Shown here: piece by piece, positions 50,335 to 59,408 of the stretch
Position numbering within the stretch: the stretch's first letter is position 1
Layout of the letters: every line of letters begins with the position of its first letter
IMG/VR virus record: IMGVR_UViG_3300050014_000823
Location: 186,001-250,000 of that record
Length of the DNA: 64,000 nt
Reading direction: 5' to 3' (one strand)
The notes under the pieces: model-generated
Databases searched by the model: none
Told to the model about the DNA's origin: nothing
Seen by the model: only the letters and a program-made list of their open reading frames with translations
Translations under genes and position numbers: made by a program

Positions 50335-51126
50335 TTAATTAAAATCATTAAAACTATTCTGAACATCTGTTTTGGAACTCTGTGGCAGGTCATCAAAGTC
50401 TGCAATAAAACTACCATCGGGTAATTCTCTTACACCCTTCTCGTGCTCTTCATTACGTTTCTCACTGAACCAGTTACCCGACCAAAAATCATTTAAGTTA
50501 AAATAATATGGATAACTCACATTTTTCTTACTCATAAGTTTCTCGGTATTAGTCGGTTCACGGACTTCCTCAACATCGACACTAAGAGTTTCTAACTTCG
50601 CATTTAAACCTTGTACGGTTGCGTTTAGACCTTCTAATTGGTCGTGTATGCTTTGCATTGCTGCAATATTATGTTTAATAATGTCATTCTGAATGTCATC
50701 AACTTCCTGTTGTGGCTCTGCACCCATACCCATAGGGTCAGGATTCATACCACTTGGGTCTACTGGTGGTTCAGGCATTGTGCCACCGCCTGCTGTCGGA
50801 GCATCTGTTCCGGGTGGTGTTTCTGCAGGTGGACCTGCTGCTGGTGGTTCGGGTAATGCACCCGGAGCACCTGTATTTCCTGCAGGGGGTTCACCCATAC
50901 CCAAAGGCTGGTCATTGGAAGGCGCAGGAGGCACTTCGCCCCCACCTGGTTTAGGTGCGTCTTCTTGGTCACCTGCTTCGTTAGTAATCGCAGGTATCTC
51001 ATCGAACTGGTCGTTAGCACTAACTAAAGAACGATATCTTGGCGATTCATTAATCGTATAGCCAACACGATACTTAAAGTTTCTAAGACCTTCCTCAAAA
51101 ACTTTATCTTTCTTATTATCTTTCAT
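50335..51126 (-). CDS. Pro-rich/coiled-coil hypothetical protein (scaffold-like)
   Basis: Pro/Gly-rich linker followed by a heptad coiled coil. Confidence 0.6.
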   Translation of the reverse strand: MKDNKKDKVFEEGLRNFKYRVGYTINESPRYRSLVSANDQFDEIPAITNEAGDQEDAPKPGGGEVPPAPSNDQPLGMGEPPAGNTGAPGALPEPPAAGPPAETPPGTDAPTAGGGTMPEPPVDPSGMNPDPMGMGAEPQQEVDDIQNDIIKHNIAAMQSIHDQLEGLNATVQGLNAKLETLSVDVEEVREPTNTEKLMSKKNVSYPYYFNLNDFWSGNWFSEKRNEEHEKGVRELPDGSFIADFDDLPQSSKTDVQNSFNDFN

Positions 51127-51139
51127 CTATATGAAATTA

Positions 51140-51322
51140 TTAATATTGCTCTCTTAATAATTGTTTACCGTCTTTAGTAACATAGATACGGTCAACACGT
51201 TCAATCAAGCCTTCACGTTCATCGAGAATGACTTTTTTTGCAGTGTCAACCTTTGGTTTCACTTCCTCAGTTTGAGGAACTTCAACAAAGTTATCAAGTG
51301 CGTTTTCTACTTTAGTTTCCAT
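51140..51322 (-). CDS. Small hypothetical protein
   Basis: 60-aa ORF with a late motif at 51342-51350. Confidence 0.6.
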   Translation of the reverse strand: METKVENALDNFVEVPQTEEVKPKVDTAKKVILDEREGLIERVDRIYVTKDGKQLLREQY

Positions 51323-51405
51323 AGTACTTATAATTATTTCATATAAATACTATGTTTTGTTAGAAAATAATTATTTTGGGAGTATCGTAGATGTGTATTT
51401 GAAAT

Positions 51406-52185
51406 TTATTTTAAATCTTGTAGTGTATAGCCACCAATTCCACCAGTTTTACACCTATTTAATGGTATCCAACCCTCAGAAACATATTTATTTAATGTTT
51501 CACGTTCTAATTTAATCGCATTTTCAACTGAAACATATTCAGTTAATTGTTTTCTTATTGGTACTAAACCTGTCATTTTCATGTGAATTGTGACACTATC
51601 CCTTTCATCAGAATTTCTAATGTATTGTCTTTTAACTATATTATATGTTAATCCAACATATACGTGATTGTCTGAAAACTCATATGCGTATATACATCTT
51701 TTATATTTACTACCCACAGGAATCATGTGTTGACAAATATCATCAAGCCAACCACTTTTCAACGAAATAGTATATACGTGTGGTGAGAATTTACAAAATT
51801 CGGTTTTTGTCTTATATTCCAATGCTCTATTTCGGCAATTTTCAACATTATTCCAATGTCCATTCGGCAATTTTTTAAATTTCATATGCCGACAAACATT
51901 TTCAAGCCACCCATTGTGTTTTGCTGATTCATATGCTTTTTTATCTCCTTGTTGAAATTCTATTCTATGTTGATATTTTAACGCAACAGTGCGACATTTT
52001 TCCTCAGTCCACTTAAATGTATCTTCATACGGCTTTTTCATGTGTTTACATGCAATATCAAGCTGTCCACCTTTTCTCAATATTTCGTATGCTCTCGAAG
52101 ATATTTCTCTGAAATCACGTCTATTCGAAAATTTAAGTGCTTCGTCAAAACACATTTTTTCAGTCCACTTATTGTATTTTTTCAT
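51406..52185 (-). CDS. GIY-YIG-like homing endonuclease with three N-terminal repeats (paralog of 8213-9109)
   Basis: CIYAYEFSDNHVYVGLTYN; W...C...ALKY....F......AY......GWL...C.HM repeats. Confidence 0.8.
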   Translation of the reverse strand: MKKYNKWTEKMCFDEALKFSNRRDFREISSRAYEILRKGGQLDIACKHMKKPYEDTFKWTEEKCRTVALKYQHRIEFQQGDKKAYESAKHNGWLENVCRHMKFKKLPNGHWNNVENCRNRALEYKTKTEFCKFSPHVYTISLKSGWLDDICQHMIPVGSKYKRCIYAYEFSDNHVYVGLTYNIVKRQYIRNSDERDSVTIHMKMTGLVPIRKQLTEYVSVENAIKLERETLNKYVSEGWIPLNRCKTGGIGGYTLQDLK

Positions 52186-52219
52186 AATAAAAAACCGTTA
52201 ATATAAATACTAACGGTTT
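52186..52219 (-). promoter_or_regulatory. Terminator-like hairpin with the GTATTTATA motif in its loop, abutting the endonuclease start
   Basis: aaaccgtta-GTATTTATAT-taacggttt-tttatt-ATG on the minus strand. Confidence 0.7.
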
Positions 52220-52239
52220 ACATAAATTTTAAATTATAT

Positions 52240-52881
52240 TTATAATATTGTAACTAAATATCTTTTAAGTAAAGTAAAATTAGGGAGAATTTTATAATAT
52301 GTCAGGTACGTATCACCGCTTAAATCTTCGTGAGATTTAATTGCCCTATTACATAAACCCAATTTTATTTCATCTATACTAATCCGAAAAAAACCATACA
52401 TATTGAGATTCACACCCCAAATACATTTTTGTTTTGAAATGGCTGTTCCTAACACATATAACATTTCGTCTTTGTAATTATAAAGCATGTCTATTTCTTT
52501 CGGCAAAACATCCATTAAACCCTGTACATCAACGATTTGAAAGAATATTGGGTCTAAATTTACGTATAGGTATTTTGGACTGAAATAAAATTGTGGTACG
52601 GCTGCGATAAAACTTTCAATGCCTCTGACGTGCGATTGTTTGCTTTCTTCGAAGCTGCATTCCCAATAAAGTTCATTGCTAACTATGCGTTTTTTCAGAA
52701 TATCCGCATTCTGAATTATCTGATTGTTGGGGTTTGAAGCCTTCATGAACGACCATCCAACGTATAGTGTAGGAAGTTTGTCGAGACTGTCATACTCTTG
52801 TGGTCCTTTATAGTAGTTAATATAACTGACTTCGGTATGATTTACCAGTTCTTTTTCATAAATAATGTTACCTATTTTCAT
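52240..52881 (-). CDS. Hypothetical protein
   Basis: 213-aa ORF coupled to the hldD-like gene. Confidence 0.7.
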   Translation of the reverse strand: MKIGNIIYEKELVNHTEVSYINYYKGPQEYDSLDKLPTLYVGWSFMKASNPNNQIIQNADILKKRIVSNELYWECSFEESKQSHVRGIESFIAAVPQFYFSPKYLYVNLDPIFFQIVDVQGLMDVLPKEIDMLYNYKDEMLYVLGTAISKQKCIWGVNLNMYGFFRISIDEIKLGLCNRAIKSHEDLSGDTYLTYYKILPNFTLLKRYLVTIL

Positions 52882-53785
52882 TTTTTAGCTTATTTACGTA
52901 TTTCAAAACACCATCTTCTAACTCATGAAAAGGCTTTTTATAGCCAGCAACCCTCAACTTATTCATCTTAGCCTCAGTAAAATACTGATACTTGTCTCTG
53001 ATTTTAATTGGGGTGTCAATATAATTAATAGTTCCGGGATTACCAAGACTTTTAAAAACTGCTTTCGCCAAGTCATTAAAAGTACGTGCTTTTCCTGTTC
53101 CGACATTATAAATACCCGAAAGTGGTTTTTCTGTTGCCATAAATATGCAAACGTCAACAATATCATCCACATATACAAAATCACGTAGCTGTTCACCGTC
53201 TTTGTAGTCTGGACGATGTGACTTAAATAATTGAATTTTTGCAGGACCTGAACAAAACTCAATTTGGTGATATAAATGTAAAACAACAGAAGCCATTTTA
53301 CCTTTATCGGCTTCTCCGTAGCCGTAAACATTAAAAAATTTTAGTCCGTACCAATAAGGTGGTTGTTTTTCCTGGACTTCTGCCCAAACATCGAACTGTT
53401 GCTTTGACCAACCGTAGGGATTAAGTGGTTGTAACTTAATGATATCCTTCTCGTCATTAAAACCTAATTCTCCGTCACCATAGGTTGCTGCACTTGAAGC
53501 ATAAACCAAAGGGATTTGGTATTCTGCGCAGATATTCCAGATAAATATACTTGCGCCAACATTATATTCGTCAAAAAGATTTCTGTCCATAACAGTAGTA
53601 TCGGTAATAGCACCTAAGTGATAAATAACATCTATATCTTTGGCGTGAATTAAAAGCCATTCATATATCGACTGCAGACTTTCGGTACGGGTATCAAGTA
53701 CCACAACACCAATTGCTCCACGTCTTTGCAATTCTGCAACGAGATTCTGACCAATAAAACCTAAACCACCTGTTACTACTATCAT
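52868..53785 (-). CDS. hldD: ADP-L-glycero-D-manno-heptose 6-epimerase
   Basis: MIVVTGGLGFIG, HLGAITDTT, YASSAATYG, PLNPYGWSK, FFNVYG..E..KGKMASV, QLRDFVYVDD, KYQYFTEA. Confidence 0.92.
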   Translation of the reverse strand: MIVVTGGLGFIGQNLVAELQRRGAIGVVVLDTRTESLQSIYEWLLIHAKDIDVIYHLGAITDTTVMDRNLFDEYNVGASIFIWNICAEYQIPLVYASSAATYGDGELGFNDEKDIIKLQPLNPYGWSKQQFDVWAEVQEKQPPYWYGLKFFNVYGYGEADKGKMASVVLHLYHQIEFCSGPAKIQLFKSHRPDYKDGEQLRDFVYVDDIVDVCIFMATEKPLSGIYNVGTGKARTFNDLAKAVFKSLGNPGTINYIDTPIKIRDKYQYFTEAKMNKLRVAGYKKPFHELEDGVLKYVNKLKNENR

Positions 53786-54210
53786 AAATTTTTTATTTTC
53801 TCAATAATATTTGTGCTTGACCTTTTATCTGTTGGGTAAAAAACCACACCAAACCTTGAATTTTCACTGCCGATTACCTCTTTATTTCTATATTGGTCAC
53901 CAACAACCATATAATCAATATCTAACTTATCGACTAAGTTTCTCAACTCATCATCTGTGTCAAAGATAAATACTTGATGAACCATTCGCAAATTTCGCAT
54001 TATTGTTATTCTTGTGTTAATGTCATTAATGGGTCGTTTATCACCCTTTAACCTCTTAACACGCTCATCTGTATCAAGTCCAACATATAGCTTATTTTCC
54101 GCATCGAGAACTGGATATACATCACCGGGTTGATAGTTCTTTGCATACCAAAGTAAGTCTATGTGTCCCGTATGTAAGATGTCAAAGCACCCGTTTACCC
54201 AGATATTCAT
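53782..54210 (-). CDS. D-glycero-beta-D-manno-heptose 1-phosphate adenylyltransferase (RfaE domain II / HldC-like)
   Basis: NGCFDILHTGH, VGLDTD..V.RLKG..RPIN, SSTNII. Confidence 0.85.
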   Translation of the reverse strand: MNIWVNGCFDILHTGHIDLLWYAKNYQPGDVYPVLDAENKLYVGLDTDERVKRLKGDKRPINDINTRITIMRNLRMVHQVFIFDTDDELRNLVDKLDIDYMVVGDQYRNKEVIGSENSRFGVVFYPTDKRSSTNIIEKIKNL

Positions 54211-54494
54211 ATTTCTTCGATTCTTTTAGTTTTGTCATCAATAAGTAGGTCGTATGAGGGTTTAGTTTGGGTGTCAAGTCTGTGAAATTTACAACCCCAA
54301 TCAGCAAGTTGTTTCGCTGTTAATTCTTTCCAATCTATACCAGTATTTCCACCCCTGGCGGTCCAATAGGTAATTGAATGTCCTTCGTCAAAGAGTTTGT
54401 TGATTTTCTCAATCATATCATATCTTGGCTTGGCATTTGGATATCCCTCACTACTGTCACAGATTGTTCCGTCTATGTCTACTAAAATTTTCAT
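54207..54494 (-). CDS. Small HAD-superfamily phosphatase
   Basis: DIDGTI, TARG, KP..D..IDDK. Confidence 0.8.
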   Translation of the reverse strand: MKILVDIDGTICDSSEGYPNAKPRYDMIEKINKLFDEGHSITYWTARGGNTGIDWKELTAKQLADWGCKFHRLDTQTKPSYDLLIDDKTKRIEEI

Positions 54495-55642
54495 TGCTGG
54501 CTATCTCCTTTCTCTATTCTTATTGAATCTTCCGGAAAATCGGTTGTTGACACTTCAACTATAATCGAATTTGTAATCGCCATTAACTGATGTTCTACGT
54601 TTTGTTTAATTTCTATTTTGTCTCCTCTTTTAAAAAGAAAATAATCGAAAAAATCACCGTTTTCACTATTCATAACACATTCCAAACTACCCCACATACA
54701 AAACCACAATTCTTGTTTGAGAATATGTTTATGCCAACTAAATTTTTTTCCTTTGAAAAATACTAAATATTTTAAACAATATTTTTCGTTATTTACTAAG
54801 TGAATTTCCAACCCCCACCCCTTCTTAACTACCTTCGAGTTCGAATTTAATCCAATAAAAACTTGTGTCCAGAATTCTCGATTGAAATTTGTAATATTAT
54901 GACACTTTTTACATAATGTAATTAAATTATCTTCACCATTATTTTTTTTATTATAATCAACGTGATGTACATGTAAGTCTTCGGTTTCGCCACACAATTG
55001 ACAACAATTACCGTCCCTCTCTTTTATTCTGTCTTTTAATCCTTTATTAAATCCTCTCGCATATTTATGGTCTAACCTAACATTATCTTCAATTTCTTTA
55101 TTATTTCCATTATTTCTGGAACAATTTAGTGAACAAAATACCACATTCTGTCCCTTATGTAAATTTCTCCTTGTGTATTCAAAAACTTTACCACATCTTT
55201 TACACGTAGCCTTTTCTTTATCTTCAATCCACGCAGGATTATTTTCATTTAGTCTTTGTTGACTCAAGTACACGCTTAGACATTCTCTTGAACACACAAT
55301 TCTTTCGCCATAATGCTTAAATTCATTACCACAAACCTCACAATTACTCGTTGTTCTTATATCGGTCTTTGGTCTTACTGAATCTAACTGACATGTTTTT
55401 GAACAATATTGTCTGTCCTTCTCCCAAGTTGGTGCATTAAATTCTTTCTGACATTGTTTACAAACCAATGTTGATTTACGATTTTCATCAGTTTGTTTTT
55501 TATTTCGATTTCGCTTACACTCATAACAAATATCACTTTTAACATATCTCTTATCGACATGTCCATATTTACAAGGTTCACCAGTAAAGTACCACTTCTG
55601 ACCGATTTCTTTAGCTTCTTCCCTTGTAATTATCTCAATCAT
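54491..55642 (-). CDS. Zinc-finger/HNH endonuclease fused in frame to a C-terminal cupin (sugar isomerase-like)
   Basis: YFTG.PCK.GH, CxxC repeats, RDG..CQLCG...HVHH.DY...NN...NLITLC..CH, then KKGWG.E....N.KYC.K.L....KFS.H.H..K.E...H...EVST. Confidence 0.8.
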   Translation of the reverse strand: MIEIITREEAKEIGQKWYFTGEPCKYGHVDKRYVKSDICYECKRNRNKKQTDENRKSTLVCKQCQKEFNAPTWEKDRQYCSKTCQLDSVRPKTDIRTTSNCEVCGNEFKHYGERIVCSRECLSVYLSQQRLNENNPAWIEDKEKATCKRCGKVFEYTRRNLHKGQNVVFCSLNCSRNNGNNKEIEDNVRLDHKYARGFNKGLKDRIKERDGNCCQLCGETEDLHVHHVDYNKKNNGEDNLITLCKKCHNITNFNREFWTQVFIGLNSNSKVVKKGWGLEIHLVNNEKYCLKYLVFFKGKKFSWHKHILKQELWFCMWGSLECVMNSENGDFFDYFLFKRGDKIEIKQNVEHQLMAITNSIIVEVSTTDFPEDSIRIEKGDSQQ

Positions 55643-56427
55643 AATTTTGCTTTATTTAAATCCACAACAACCACACCCTTTTGAGTAACAACCCAAGCTG
55701 CGCACTTGTTTGCAAACTGAATTGCTTTGGAAATATCTTTATTTTTCATATAATCTGCAACCAAAGCCGCAAGGAAAGTATCTCCTGCACCACTTAAATC
55801 TCTGACTGGGTGTTCATCGTCTTCATTTAAAATCTCTTGATAATCAAAAATACCTACTTTATTGTGTGAATACATTGCCCCCTTTTTACCGAGAGTTACA
55901 ACTAATATATTACTGTATTGAAAGTCCAACCATTGTTTATTTTTCAGAAATTCTTTTTCGTTTATTTTAACACAAAAAACCTTATCACACCAATGACCAA
56001 AATCTTTCTTCGTGTCCATAAAAACCAACGGATGTGAATTTGCAATGTGTTCTATTACTTCCTCACTAATAAAACCCTTATCATAGTCACTAATAACAAT
56101 TGCTTCGTATTGACTATAATCAAACGCCATTTGCCTATCATATATGTTTGGTCCAACAAATATCATGTCGTTTTCATCAACCCGAAGTAACATCTGATTT
56201 GAAACTTCATCAACATATCGGGTTTTTGTTATGCCACTATATGTGTGGATATCTGCATCAATACCTAATGCAAGTAAGTTTGCATAGACATTCACAGCCA
56301 TACCACCATTAGACTTATCACCCAAAGGTTTAAAAACGGGTACTGGTGCTTCAGGACTTAACCTGTCGCATTTTCCATAGCGAAACACATCTTTACAACC
56401 GTCACCGATTACTAATACTTTACTCAC
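55639..56427 (-). CDS. Heptose-7-phosphate kinase (RfaE domain I / HldA-like, PfkB family)
   Basis: RLSPEAPVPV, GG.A.NV, SDYDKG, DLSGAGDTF. Confidence 0.88.
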   Translation of the reverse strand: MSKVLVIGDGCKDVFRYGKCDRLSPEAPVPVFKPLGDKSNGGMAVNVYANLLALGIDADIHTYSGITKTRYVDEVSNQMLLRVDENDMIFVGPNIYDRQMAFDYSQYEAIVISDYDKGFISEEVIEHIANSHPLVFMDTKKDFGHWCDKVFCVKINEKEFLKNKQWLDFQYSNILVVTLGKKGAMYSHNKVGIFDYQEILNEDDEHPVRDLSGAGDTFLAALVADYMKNKDISKAIQFANKCAAWVVTQKGVVVVDLNKAKL

Positions 56428-57455
56428 TGTAATCTCTTTAAAATCTCAATTATTTTTTCCGCAGCGTGACCATCACCAAATGGGCACTCTACATTTATTT
56501 CATAATCATTATGTACTTCGTCAAAAAAGTACTTTAAGTCTTCTGGTCTTGTTACCAAAAGACCATTTACACCAATTGCTTCCGGACGTTCTGTAACAAT
56601 TCGGCAAGTTAAACATATTTTATTGAAAAAACAAGATTCTTCCTGAAGTCCACCACTATCAGTTATTACCATACGACACTGAACCAGTAATTCAAGCATA
56701 TCCTCATATGGCAATGGGTCAATAACTACAACATTTTTTAATAAATGCTTCCATTTCTGCACATTTGGATTTGGATGCATTGGTAATATGAAAGCATATT
56801 GTGGATATTCCGTTGCAAGTTTTTCCAACTCAGTAAACCATCTGTCCATCCAATGATGATTTTCACGCCTATGTAATGTAACCAAAATTTTGTTGGTATA
56901 TATGCATTTATCTTTATATAACAAGAGATTATCAATGACCGTATTACCAACAACATAAACATCATCCAAAATTTTTTCTCCCGCAAGATTTCTTGCTGCC
57001 CAATCAGTTGGACATAGGTGAATATCTGCAATTTGTGATATTATTCTCCTGTTGACTTCTTCGGGATATGGGTTTTCTTTGTCGTATGTTCGGAGTCCGG
57101 CTTCCAGGTGTATTACTTTAATACCATGATGAAATGCAGACAGTGCTACCGCAAATGCCGATGTGGTATCGCCTTGGACCATTACATATGCATCAACGAA
57201 TTTACCTGTTTCTGTGTTGAGTTTACAGAAAGACCGAAAAAATTCCCACAACTGTCCTGTTATCGAACTAACAATCGAATCCAGTCTGTTGGGTTTATTC
57301 TCGATATTAAGAATCCAATCATATTCGAATTCTCCTATGTGAACCTGTTGTCCAGTGAATAGTATGTTAAACTCAAAATTATTCTTCCTTAATTCATCGA
57401 TAATCGGCTTAAGTTTAATGTATTCTGGTCGTGTGCCGTATGCTAATAATATCAT
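56424..57455 (-). CDS. wecB: UDP-N-acetylglucosamine 2-epimerase (non-hydrolysing)
   Basis: GTRPEYIK, QGDTT, HLEAGLRT, PEE.NR, TLHRREN, TDSGGLQEE, TERPE, FGDG. Confidence 0.92.
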   Translation of the reverse strand: MILLAYGTRPEYIKLKPIIDELRKNNFEFNILFTGQQVHIGEFEYDWILNIENKPNRLDSIVSSITGQLWEFFRSFCKLNTETGKFVDAYVMVQGDTTSAFAVALSAFHHGIKVIHLEAGLRTYDKENPYPEEVNRRIISQIADIHLCPTDWAARNLAGEKILDDVYVVGNTVIDNLLLYKDKCIYTNKILVTLHRRENHHWMDRWFTELEKLATEYPQYAFILPMHPNPNVQKWKHLLKNVVVIDPLPYEDMLELLVQCRMVITDSGGLQEESCFFNKICLTCRIVTERPEAIGVNGLLVTRPEDLKYFFDEVHNDYEINVECPFGDGHAAEKIIEILKRLQ

Positions 57456-58219
57456 TGTAAATCTTTTAATACTTCAGGTAATTCTTCGTTAAACTCAACT
57501 GCCTTACACCAAGCAGGTGGATTAACAGGATGCATATTAACCATGTCTGGTGTCCATTTAAGCCATATATTATTAAACCACGCATCTACATCAAAATCAT
57601 TATGATGACCCCAAGTTTTTAACTTTTCTCTGAGTTCACTATCGGTTAATACGTATGATGCATGATAACAAATGGCATTTGGAATATTAATGGTTGATAT
57701 CCCCGTAGGTTTTCTTTTTCTTTCGAACCTATTTCCTCTGTTTAGGTTAATAAATATTTGGGGGTGACCAACAATTTGACTGCCTAAATTAGCTACTGTT
57801 ATATGTTTAAATGATTTCCAGAAACTTATCCACCCACAAGTATAAATGTCGTAGCCGGGATGATTAACAATAAACATTTTCATCTGCTCAAAGCCATCGT
57901 GAAAATAAAATTCGTCTGCATCATGAATCATAAGATAGTCAATACCATCTTCTTTGGCTCTGTCAACACATGCATTCCTTTGTGCTTCTTCGGTAAGCCA
58001 ATCACCTAAAATCAAGACAATTTTATCAGCAAATCTCGATTCTCTTATTATTTTCAAGTCAAAAGAATTTACATATTCTTGTCTTGCGGTGGGGTTATAT
58101 CCCCAAGGCTTATCGCTATATGCAATATAAATTTTATCTACATGTGGATATGCATTTTCAATATTTCTCATAATCCACTTGTCTTGACCGAACAATACTA
58201 TGTGTGTTGCAAATTTCAT
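57452..58219 (-). CDS. GT-A (GT2-like) glycosyltransferase
   Basis: QRNAC...DADEF (DxD) motif. Confidence 0.7.
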   Translation of the reverse strand: MKFATHIVLFGQDKWIMRNIENAYPHVDKIYIAYSDKPWGYNPTARQEYVNSFDLKIIRESRFADKIVLILGDWLTEEAQRNACVDRAKEDGIDYLMIHDADEFYFHDGFEQMKMFIVNHPGYDIYTCGWISFWKSFKHITVANLGSQIVGHPQIFINLNRGNRFERKRKPTGISTINIPNAICYHASYVLTDSELREKLKTWGHHNDFDVDAWFNNIWLKWTPDMVNMHPVNPPAWCKAVEFNEELPEVLKDLQ

Positions 58220-58842
58220 TTCTTTTTAGCTATTAAACATCCACAATCGGTTACAGAATCTTTAAATCCCTGAAAACCATCAAACATATGTTTCATTTCA
58301 TCCCACGCACGCCAAACCCCGCATTGGTCTGGTTTACTTCTTTGCCAATAATCGTGCGTCCAAACATAATATTTATTTTGCATGTTATATTTAAGTATTA
58401 ACTCAATTTCTTTTCTTACGTGCTCTTCTGTGTGGTCACCATCCTGTATAATTAAATCGAAATCAAATGGTTCTGACAATATTTTCAGCGAATCGTCAAG
58501 AACACGTTTAAAATTATTTGAATGTAACTTGTCATATTCAAGTCTTTCTTGAATGTCAAGCAATGTGACTTCACCGCAACCATTCATTTCAACCGCCTGC
58601 AATATGTGATTAGAACTTCTACCAAGAAAATTACCGATTTCCAATATTCTTTTTGGCTTTAAAATGCGCATCAACACAAATATTGACTTGCCCTCACTTT
58701 CCCATATGCTTCCTGCAGGTTCTTCGGGATAGCCACCATATAACGACTCATCATAATAACCACAAAAATCCGTAAGATTAACTCCCGTTAGTTTTTCAAA
58801 CCCAATAAAATACGTCTTTATAAAGTCTTCCCTTTTATCCAT
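58216..58842 (-). CDS. Class I SAM-dependent methyltransferase (Methyltransf_24-like)
   Basis: KPKRILEIGNFLGRSS, FDLIIQDGDH, HD. Confidence 0.8.
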   Translation of the reverse strand: MDKREDFIKTYFIGFEKLTGVNLTDFCGYYDESLYGGYPEEPAGSIWESEGKSIFVLMRILKPKRILEIGNFLGRSSNHILQAVEMNGCGEVTLLDIQERLEYDKLHSNNFKRVLDDSLKILSEPFDFDLIIQDGDHTEEHVRKEIELILKYNMQNKYYVWTHDYWQRSKPDQCGVWRAWDEMKHMFDGFQGFKDSVTDCGCLIAKKK

Positions 58843-59398
58843 TTTTTTCAAACATAAAAAATTTTGCTGAAGTCAATAAAAAATTATCAACCTCTTCTAT
58901 TAATTTAAAATCTTTACGATTCTCTTCCACCCAATCAGTAAACTTGCGATGAATGACATGTGGTGCACTACTATCGTAGCTATTAAAATTTGACGAAAAT
59001 ATTAACACGTATTTCTTTGACCCATCAAACAATCTGGTCAAATATTTTTCATATTCCTCTTGAGAAAGAATGTGATATACTACGTCTAAGGATATACACA
59101 AATCTGCTTGGGGCAAATCCGACATTAATGAACAAAAATTCATGGCTTTATTGTTCTTAAACTTTTCGTGGCATAAATAAAGTGCATATGAAGATATGTC
59201 ATAACCCATATAACTATCAAAACCCTTTAACAGACTAATTTGATTACCATCACCACACCCAAAGTCCGATATTGTTTTAATTCCGAACTTCGTGATATAA
59301 TTATTAATCACAGTCGCTTTATGGTCGGCAGTTTCGCCATACGACCCATTACCCGAATTACCGCCTGCTCTATATCTCTCTTCCCAATAATTATTCAT
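58835..59398 (-). CDS. Class I SAM-dependent methyltransferase
   Basis: YWEERY..GGNSG.GS, DFGCGDG, GYDIS, SLDVVYH. Confidence 0.85.
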   Translation of the reverse strand: MNNYWEERYRAGGNSGNGSYGETADHKATVINNYITKFGIKTISDFGCGDGNQISLLKGFDSYMGYDISSYALYLCHEKFKNNKAMNFCSLMSDLPQADLCISLDVVYHILSQEEYEKYLTRLFDGSKKYVLIFSSNFNSYDSSAPHVIHRKFTDWVEENRKDFKLIEEVDNFLLTSAKFFMFEKNG

Positions 59399-59408
59399 AA
59401 TTAATTTA

